From Archangium sp. (GTDB taxonomy: Bacteria; Myxococcota; Myxococcia; Myxococcales; Myxococcaceae): DNA of 11,812 nt. How positions within the stretch are numbered: the stretch's first letter is position 1; each line of letters opens with the position of its first letter. The notes under the pieces were generated by a model. It was not told where the DNA came from. It worked only from the letters and a program-made list of their open reading frames with translations, and made no database searches. Below are positions 6,162-11,812 of this stretch, in pieces. The stretch spans positions 1 to 11,812 of the forward strand of contig JANLPS010000064.1 of assembly GCA_031367385.1 (NCBI GenBank), given 5' to 3'. Made by a program: the position numbers and the translations under genes.

Positions 6162-8705
6162 TCAGCGCCCGCCGGTCACGGTTCGATAGATGCCGCGCTT
6201 GTTCGGAGCGGCATAGATGACACTCGGGGCGGCGCGGCACTGTGAGAGTGAGCTGACCCCGATGTGGCCTCCCTCGGGCAAACCCTTCGAGCGATCTTCA
6301 CCGCTGGCTGGCCCCGACGAGAACCACACACCTCCATCAGTCGCCGCGACGAACATCGAGACGCCATCGGCTTCGTTGAGCCATGCGCGCTCGGCGTACG
6401 GCGTGGCGGAGTCGGTGAACCAACTCGCGCCTCCGTTGGTACTGCGCTGAAGCTTGCCCTTGCGATCGACGCACGCGATGAGATCGGGCGTCGCGGCCAC
6501 CAGGCTCACGCAGTTGGCGAACGGGTACCCGCTGGCAGTGACGCCGCCCTCCCGCAGGGTCATCACCGCGGTGGTTGACGAGGCCACGACATCGCCGCTG
6601 GCTCCGCCGTTTCGGGGGAAGGCGAGGCTGATCACCGCGGCCCCGTTGGTCGAAAGGGTATGGAGAGTGGTGCCGTTTTGGTTCTCGAGCTGTACGCCAT
6701 TGTAGTTGTCGTCGACGGTGACGGCTCGCATGCCTTGATGGGCCGGGTCGAACGCGACGTGGAGCACGGAGCGCGCCTCGGTCACCATCGACCAGGGCGG
6801 CCCGGCGTTCATCGACTCCCACAGCTTGCCCTGGCTGTCTGACGCGAGCAGGTGCTGTGCGTCGAACGGGTCGATGACCAGCGTGTCGGGAAACGAGTTG
6901 GTCGGCTTGCCGATGCCGAACCAGGTGAGCCCGCCGTTGCTGGTCTGCAGAATCGCCTCGCCGAAACCACCTTCGAAGTAGATCAACGCGTACGCCACCG
7001 TTGGAGAAGCAGGGTCGGCGGAGAGGCTCATCGGCGTGTTCGTGCACAGGCCGCCAGTGGCGAGTTTCCACACGCCGTTCTCGAGGCGCCAGGGGCCTTC
7101 GCTCCAGGTGGGGCGGTTGGCTGCCAGGCTGGTGCCCGATGCGGCCAACACCGCGCCCGAGGGCAGGCTCACGAGGGTGAACACGCGCACGAAGAAGCTG
7201 TGCGGCAACGAAGGGAGGTACGACCAGCTGTTCGCGTGATCGGTGGAGATCTGCACGTCGGTACCGTCAGACGAATAGAACGTGTCGTTCGGGCCCACCG
7301 TGAAGGCGAGGCTGAAGGGCACGCTCATGCGCTGCCAGCTCAGCGACCCCGCATCAGGGAGTGACGGTTGGTACACGCCATCCGCACCGGTGCCTCCGTT
7401 GTACCGCAGCAGATATGGCAAGCCCCCGTCTGGCTGAGCCACGAAGCCGCCACCGCTTTGGTAGTTGGCATTGAATGAGCCCGGCGCTCCACTGGAGAGC
7501 GCGAGGAAGGTGCCGTTGGGTTGCGTCTGGTAGAACCCTTCGCGCGCCAAGGCGAAGGTGGTCGAGGGCGAGGTGGGGCTCATCCACAAGGCGGTGGCGC
7601 TGAAGCCGGTGGCGGCGGTGAACCACGGCACGCTGCCAGTGGCGGTGCCGTTGGCGGTCATCATCACTTTGCCAGTGTTGTTTGCGCCCTCGAAGCTGAT
7701 GAACAGGTGCTTGGGGTCGAGCGGGTCGATGACCATTGCGAGGGGCACGCCGGGGCCGGTCGGGCCTCCCTTGGCGGCCCACGTTTGGCCTCGGTCGAGC
7801 GAGACGAAGAGCGAGAATTGGTACGACTGAATACCGAGCTGCAGGGCACTCGCCGCGTAGACCACTGAGGGGGTGTTGGGCGCGAAGCCGACGAAGAGCA
7901 TGTCTTCAGTGCCCAGCTCGGGCACCTCGGCCCAGCTGAAGCCACCGTTGACCGAGATGAAGAGGCCTCCGTTGGTCGCCACCAAGAGCCGTTTCTCGTC
8001 GGCGGGGTCGACCGCGAACATGCGCACCGCTGCGCCGGCGAGCGCGCTCGAGACTGGGGTCCACCCTCCGTCGGCAGGCGCGGGGCCCGCGTCGATGGTC
8101 GGCCACGACGAGACGGGGCCGGCGTCGGTTCCGGCGTCGACTCCTGCGTCGAAGGTCGTGCCTGCGTCGAAGGTCGTGCCAGCGTCGAACGTGGAGCCAG
8201 CGTCGAGCGCCGAGCCCGCGTCGATGATGGGCCCCGCATCAGGTGATGCTCCGGCGTCGCGCCCACTGGCCATGCCTGCGTCGCTGGGGGTGCCTGCGTC
8301 GACCGGCAGAATGACCCCGCTGTCTCGACCCGGCCCCGCATCGGCGGAGGCGCACACGCCGGGGTTATTCAGACAGAACGCTTCAAAAGCGCGGTCTGCG
8401 TCGCCGCAGCCACTGATCGCCAGCACCAGCAGACCCGAGAGGAGCGCGCGCCCTCCGAAGAGTACGGCGCGATGTTCACCAAGCCAAGCGTTTGGGCCTG
8501 CCGTCGCGGTCGCCGTCTCTCCAGCACGCGAGACGAGAAGAGCCGATCTGAGAGCGCAGCCCACGGCAAGCGCGCTGCGAACGTCAGCCAACCGTCGGGT
8601 TGAAACCGGCGTTGCGGCGGCCGTGAGAGCTCGAGAAACGGCGCTCTTCGTCGGGGCTGAGGGCGAGCGCGAACCCAGGAGCGCCATCTTGAGCGCGCGC
8701 CTCAC
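6162..8705 (-). CDS. Lipoprotein with DAG-repeat stalk and Asp-box (BNR/VPS10/sialidase-like) beta-propeller domains
   Basis: GTG start overlaps the upstream TGA (GTGA 8702-8705). Lipobox LAISG-C100, more than 10 DAG motifs, Asp-box-like motifs SVNGGFSW, SLDRGQTW, STDHANSW, TSNGGLTW, SMNAGPPW, STNGGASW, and repeated IDP.D blade motifs. Confidence 0.88.
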   Translation of the reverse strand: MRRALKMALLGSRSPSAPTKSAVSRALTAAATPVSTRRLADVRSALAVGCALRSALLVSRAGETATATAGPNAWLGEHRAVLFGGRALLSGLLVLAISGCGDADRAFEAFCLNNPGVCASADAGPGRDSGVILPVDAGTPSDAGMASGRDAGASPDAGPIIDAGSALDAGSTFDAGTTFDAGTTFDAGVDAGTDAGPVSSWPTIDAGPAPADGGWTPVSSALAGAAVRMFAVDPADEKRLLVATNGGLFISVNGGFSWAEVPELGTEDMLFVGFAPNTPSVVYAASALQLGIQSYQFSLFVSLDRGQTWAAKGGPTGPGVPLAMVIDPLDPKHLFISFEGANNTGKVMMTANGTATGSVPWFTAATGFSATALWMSPTSPSTTFALAREGFYQTQPNGTFLALSSGAPGSFNANYQSGGGFVAQPDGGLPYLLRYNGGTGADGVYQPSLPDAGSLSWQRMSVPFSLAFTVGPNDTFYSSDGTDVQISTDHANSWSYLPSLPHSFFVRVFTLVSLPSGAVLAASGTSLAANRPTWSEGPWRLENGVWKLATGGLCTNTPMSLSADPASPTVAYALIYFEGGFGEAILQTSNGGLTWFGIGKPTNSFPDTLVIDPFDAQHLLASDSQGKLWESMNAGPPWSMVTEARSVLHVAFDPAHQGMRAVTVDDNYNGVQLENQNGTTLHTLSTNGAAVISLAFPRNGGASGDVVASSTTAVMTLREGGVTASGYPFANCVSLVAATPDLIACVDRKGKLQRSTNGGASWFTDSATPYAERAWLNEADGVSMFVAATDGGVWFSSGPASGEDRSKGLPEGGHIGVSSLSQCRAAPSVIYAAPNKRGIYRTVTGGR
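8143..8232 (-). repeat. Intragenic 18-nt tandem repeat (about 5 units) encoding xxxDAG
   Basis: CCTGCGTCGAAGGTCGTG twice exactly (8143-8178), then degenerate units to 8232. Encodes PIIDAG-SALDAG-STFDAG-TTFDAG-TTFDAG. Confidence 0.85.
8442..8701. other. Apparent 249-bp in-frame insertion bounded by the 11-bp direct repeat GAGCGCGCGCC
   Basis: Direct repeat at 8442-8452 and 8691-8701, exactly 249 nt (83 codons) apart. Removing one copy plus the intervening DNA gives the canonical lipoprotein signal MRRALLSGLLVLAISGC. The insert uses atypical codons (TCT, TCA, CGA, AGA, CTT). Confidence 0.55.
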
Positions 8706-9511
8706 GGAAAGTGCCCCGCGATGCTCAGCCCACCCAGGGTCGGCGCGACCGTCACCGCTGGTGGTTCTTGATTGCTCACGATGCCAACGATCACCGCGGT
8801 CACCAAGGCCGCCGCGCCCACCGACATGGCGATCGCGCCCGCAGTCTGAAACGCCTTCTCCTGCGCGACCATCGCGTTCGCCTGCTGCAAGGTGAGCGGC
8901 TCAGCGCTGACGCCAGCCGTTCGAAGCCGGGTGTCATTGCCCCCAGCCGCGATGAACAGGCCGGCGCCGACGCCCACGCCGACGATGCCGACCGCGGCCG
9001 GCAACACCGCGGGCCAGACGTGAAAGCCGGCACTGCTCGAGGTGGCCTTGATGCCGAACGCCTCTTTGATGATCGGCGCCATCTGCTCGGCGCCTGCGGT
9101 GAGCGAAGTGATGACCTCGTCGCTCGTATCGGCCTGAGCGGAGTACAGCGCGACCGTTCGCGCATCACGCATGCGAATGATCTTCACGTTGATCTGAATG
9201 CGACCGCTGAACTTGCCGATGCTGCCGGTGACGATGCCGTCAGCGCCGAGGGCATTGGCCAGCTCCGCCAGGCAGCTGCTGCTCGCATCAGAGCACCCGA
9301 GGAGCTCTCGTTGGCGCTCGAGGCCCATCAATGTGGCGATCTCGGCCTGGGTCACCACGGGCACCCCTCGCAACGTCAACTGTTGGGCGAGGTGGTCGCT
9401 GTAGAACGCGACGTCGTCGGCCTTGAGGTGCACGCTCTGGAGCCCTGGCGAGGCGAGCTGAATACCGGCCGGGCCCGCAGCGAGACACAGCGAAAGAGTC
9501 ACTCCGAGCAT
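8702..9511 (-). CDS. Secreted myxobacterial-type protein: CsgG/TolB-N-like alpha/beta domain plus C-terminal Gly-rich hydrophobic segments and terminal G-x-F strand
   Basis: Short signal MLGVTLSLCLAA, motif VVTQAEIATLMGLERQRELLGC....SCLAELANALGADGIVTGSIGK, two hydrophobic stretches (VLPAAVGIVGVGVGAGLFIAA; AIAMSVGAAALVTAVIVGIV), ends GGLSIAGHFP. Confidence 0.85.
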   Translation of the reverse strand: MLGVTLSLCLAAGPAGIQLASPGLQSVHLKADDVAFYSDHLAQQLTLRGVPVVTQAEIATLMGLERQRELLGCSDASSSCLAELANALGADGIVTGSIGKFSGRIQINVKIIRMRDARTVALYSAQADTSDEVITSLTAGAEQMAPIIKEAFGIKATSSSAGFHVWPAVLPAAVGIVGVGVGAGLFIAAGGNDTRLRTAGVSAEPLTLQQANAMVAQEKAFQTAGAIAMSVGAAALVTAVIVGIVSNQEPPAVTVAPTLGGLSIAGHFP

Positions 9512-9536
9512 GGGCGCGAACAGTAGCAGGTCGAGA

Positions 9537-9746
9537 TCAGCTGTCTCGGTCTTGAACGCGCGGTGACACCGGGGCCATCACACCCACACGGCGCCGACCG
9601 AGCGCTCGCTGCGTGGCGCACACGAGCGCGGTGCACCCGAGCACGATGATCACGTGATCGCTGAAGCGGGCGTCGAGCGGGTGCAGCAGCGGCACCCCCA
9701 GCGTCGCCACCAGATAGACGACGACTGGCACCCAGAGCGCCTTCAT
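9537..9746 (-). CDS. Small two-TM membrane protein (69 aa) coupled to the exosortase; resembles the C-terminal extension of longer XrtK-like proteins
   Basis: ATG at 9746 overlaps the exosortase TGA (ATGA 9743-9746). Sequence MKALWVPVVVYLVATLGVPLLHPLDARFSDHVIIVLGCTALVCATQRALGRRR.... It is the C-terminal part of track ORF 9537..10295. Confidence 0.65.
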   Translation of the reverse strand: MKALWVPVVVYLVATLGVPLLHPLDARFSDHVIIVLGCTALVCATQRALGRRRVGVMAPVSPRVQDRDS

Positions 9747-10225
9747 GCCGGCACCCGGCGGTTCAACAGCTGTGTCGCCAGCACCAGCATCGACAGGTAC
9801 ACCAGGACGCCAATGGCCTCGTGCAGCCGGGGCGCGGTCAGCCACCCGAACGAGACGTGGTGCAGGTGCACCGCCATCGCCAGCGTGATGCGCAGGGCGT
9901 TGGCCAGCACCGTCAACGCGAACGCTCCGACCGCTGAGGCGGCGACGAGCAGCGACTGCGAGACGACTCGTTGGCTGAACAGCGCCACCGCGCTCACCAC
10001 CGCGATGAAGAAGAAATTCAGCCCCGAGCAGGCGGGCACGACTTGAAAGGTCTGGGTGGGGTCGAGGTACCCGACCCCTGCCTCGAACCTGAATGGAGTC
10101 TGACTCAGCACCTCGCTCAGCAGCACCGTCGGCTTGAGCAACCACTGCAGCTGCTCGACACCGGCGTCGCGGAGCCACAGCTTCAGACCGAGCGCGCCAG
10201 CGACCGTGAAGGCCAGGGTCTTCAC
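9743..10225 (-). CDS. xrtK: Exosortase K-like transpeptidase (160 aa)
   Basis: The likely start is GTG at 10225, overlapping the VIT gene stop. Triad Cys66 (VVPACSGLNF), Arg112 (LANALRI), His135 (RLHEAIG). N-terminal LKLW....LQWLLKPT...F.FEAGVGY pattern typical of XrtK. Multiple TM helices. Confidence 0.85.
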   Translation of the reverse strand: MKTLAFTVAGALGLKLWLRDAGVEQLQWLLKPTVLLSEVLSQTPFRFEAGVGYLDPTQTFQVVPACSGLNFFFIAVVSAVALFSQRVVSQSLLVAASAVGAFALTVLANALRITLAMAVHLHHVSFGWLTAPRLHEAIGVLVYLSMLVLATQLLNRRVPA

Positions 10226-11811
10226 GCGCGGGCCCGAGCCAAGGCCAGCATCGCGAGCGCGCAGAGCGCCAAGAGCCATAGCGAGGGCTCGGCACCCTGC
10301 ACCGCCAGGTCTGAGACGCCTTGGGGCAACGGCAACTTCTGCTCGACGTCGGCCGCCTCCTTCACCTCGGCATGCACGGTCTTGTCGACCGCGACGAACG
10401 ACGTGTACTGGGTCAGCAGGTGGTAGCGCAGGCCGATCTCGGTGATTGCGGGCGCCTCGTCGAAGGCGCTCCGCGACAAGTCGTCGAGGCGGGCACGGGC
10501 CCACAAGGCCTGCAGCGCCTCGCCCCCTTCGGCCGAGACGACCGGCGTCTTGGCGACCGACATCGTCTGCGAATACGCCCCCGTGCCGCCGACGCCGGTC
10601 AGCGTGATGGTGCCACGGCGCGCACCTCTCCACTTGCCGCGAACGATGACCGGCCGCTCAGCGAACACCGTCGGTATCGAGCTCGGCTCCACGTCGTACG
10701 CATCGAGGCCGTCGAACTGCACCTTCACGTCAGTCAGCACCGGAGATTGCACGTATTGAATGAAGTGCGCGCTGACCGCCGAGGCCTCTTCGGGCCGCAT
10801 CACGATGAACGGCTCACCCAACCCGGCGTGGGCGATGCCCTCGATCAGCCCGCGGTTGACCGAGCTGCCAATGCCAATGGCGAACACGCTCTCGCCGCCC
10901 AGATTCTCGCGAATGTATTTGAAGATGCTCTGCTCGGCGGCGACGTACCCATCGGTGATCACCACGAAGCTGCGAGCGATGCCCTCTTCTGACGGCAAGG
11001 CCAATGCGTTCATCAGCGCGCGCTTGAGCTCGGTCTCGCCGCCACCGCGCATCGAGTCAATCGACCCGATCGCCTTCTCGACCGTCTCGGGCGTCGCCAG
11101 CATTGAGCGTGGCGAGAGCAGCTGTGACGAACCCGAGAACAGCATCACGTTGAAGCGGTCGACCGGCCGCAGCGACCCGAGGAGCTTGTGCATCAGCACC
11201 TTGCTCGTCTCGAGGGGAAACCCGCTCATCGAGCCGGAGACATCGACGATGAAGACGTAGTCTCGCGGCGGTACTTGCTCGAGCTTGACCGACTTGGGGG
11301 GCTGCACCATCAACAAGAAGAAGTTCTCATCGGGGCCTTGCGAGAGCGAGAGCCCGGTGACGACGCGGTCGCCAGCGAGCCGGTAGTGCAACACGAAATC
11401 GCGGTTGCCGCCGTGGCTCTCGCGCGGGTCTAACCGAACGTGGGCCCCGCCGCTGGGCGTCTCGACTTGAATGCGGTGGGTGCTGCTCTCGGGCATCAAC
11501 ACCGGCATCGGCGCGGCGATGGTGCCTTCGATGAAGAGCTCGGTCTCGGGCAACACGCCAGCATGCGTGTACGGCGCGCTGGTGAACGACGAATTGGGCG
11601 GCACCTCGGCGCCGACGTAGCGGGGGCCGACCACCGTCGGGTACATGAACTCGTAGATGTTCGCCGTGGGTGCGAGCAGCTCTGAGTAGTGCTGCTCAAC
11701 CTAGATGACGTCGTTGGGCATGATGTTGGCGTCTGACTTGGTGTAGACGTTGGGCCGCTCTTGCTCGAGCAACGACGCGAGTTGGCCTTCTTGCTTTGCG
11801 GTCTCGAACAC
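10222..11811 (-). CDS. VIT (vault protein inter-alpha-trypsin) + vWA domain protein with C-terminal exosortase sorting signal; 5'-truncated, in-frame TAG at 11701-11703
   Basis: The frame upstream of the track ATG (11646) reads VFETAKQEGQLASLLEQERPNVYTKSDANIMPNDVI*VEQHYSELLAPTANIYEFMYPTVVGPRY, which is VIT-like. MIDAS DVSGSM and ITDG, AIGIGSSVNR, LLTQYTSFVAVD. Tail LPLPQGVSDLAVQGAEP-hydrophobic-RARA. Confidence 0.9.
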
Positions 11812-11812
11812 C

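Noticed and set aside
7873..8895. 340-aa plus-strand ORF with PAS repeats
   Set aside because: Antisense mirror of the DAG-repeat lipoprotein.
10226..10633. 136-aa N-terminal extension of the exosortase in the ORF track
   Set aside because: It overlaps the VIT/vWA gene out of frame and is Arg-rich noise. The GTG at 10225 coupled to the VIT stop is the plausible start.
11701..11703. Pyrrolysine/amber recoding
   Set aside because: TAG ends the 4620-6158 gene normally, and the surrounding substitutions point to sequence error.

Overview
GC-rich bacterial DNA whose gene style (DAG-linker lipoproteins, an 'LERQRELLGC..CLAELA' secreted protein, an Imm11/DUF1629 immunity gene, a sigma-54 two-component pair) suggests a Myxococcota genome; this is an inference. 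From left to right: (1) a 5'-truncated sensor histidine kinase coupled to an NtrC-type sigma-54 response regulator, whose stop codon lies in a REP-like element; (2) a ~1.3 kb patch (2232-3549) of three broken genes that the ORF track misses or splits, including an orphan Imm11-like gene with an in-frame TGA; (3) a structured intergenic region with about 3 degenerate ~44-nt C-rich repeats, a 15-bp hairpin and a palindrome over the RBS, ahead of a 242-aa helical protein of unknown function; (4) a + strand lipoprotein; (5) a minus-strand operon encoding a VIT/vWA protein with a GAEP-TM-basic sorting tail, an exosortase K-like enzyme, a coupled 69-aa membrane protein, a CsgG/TolB-N-like secreted protein and an Asp-box beta-propeller lipoprotein whose signal peptide holds an in-frame 249-bp insertion bounded by an 11-bp direct repeat. 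Family assignments come from motif recognition only; no searches were run.
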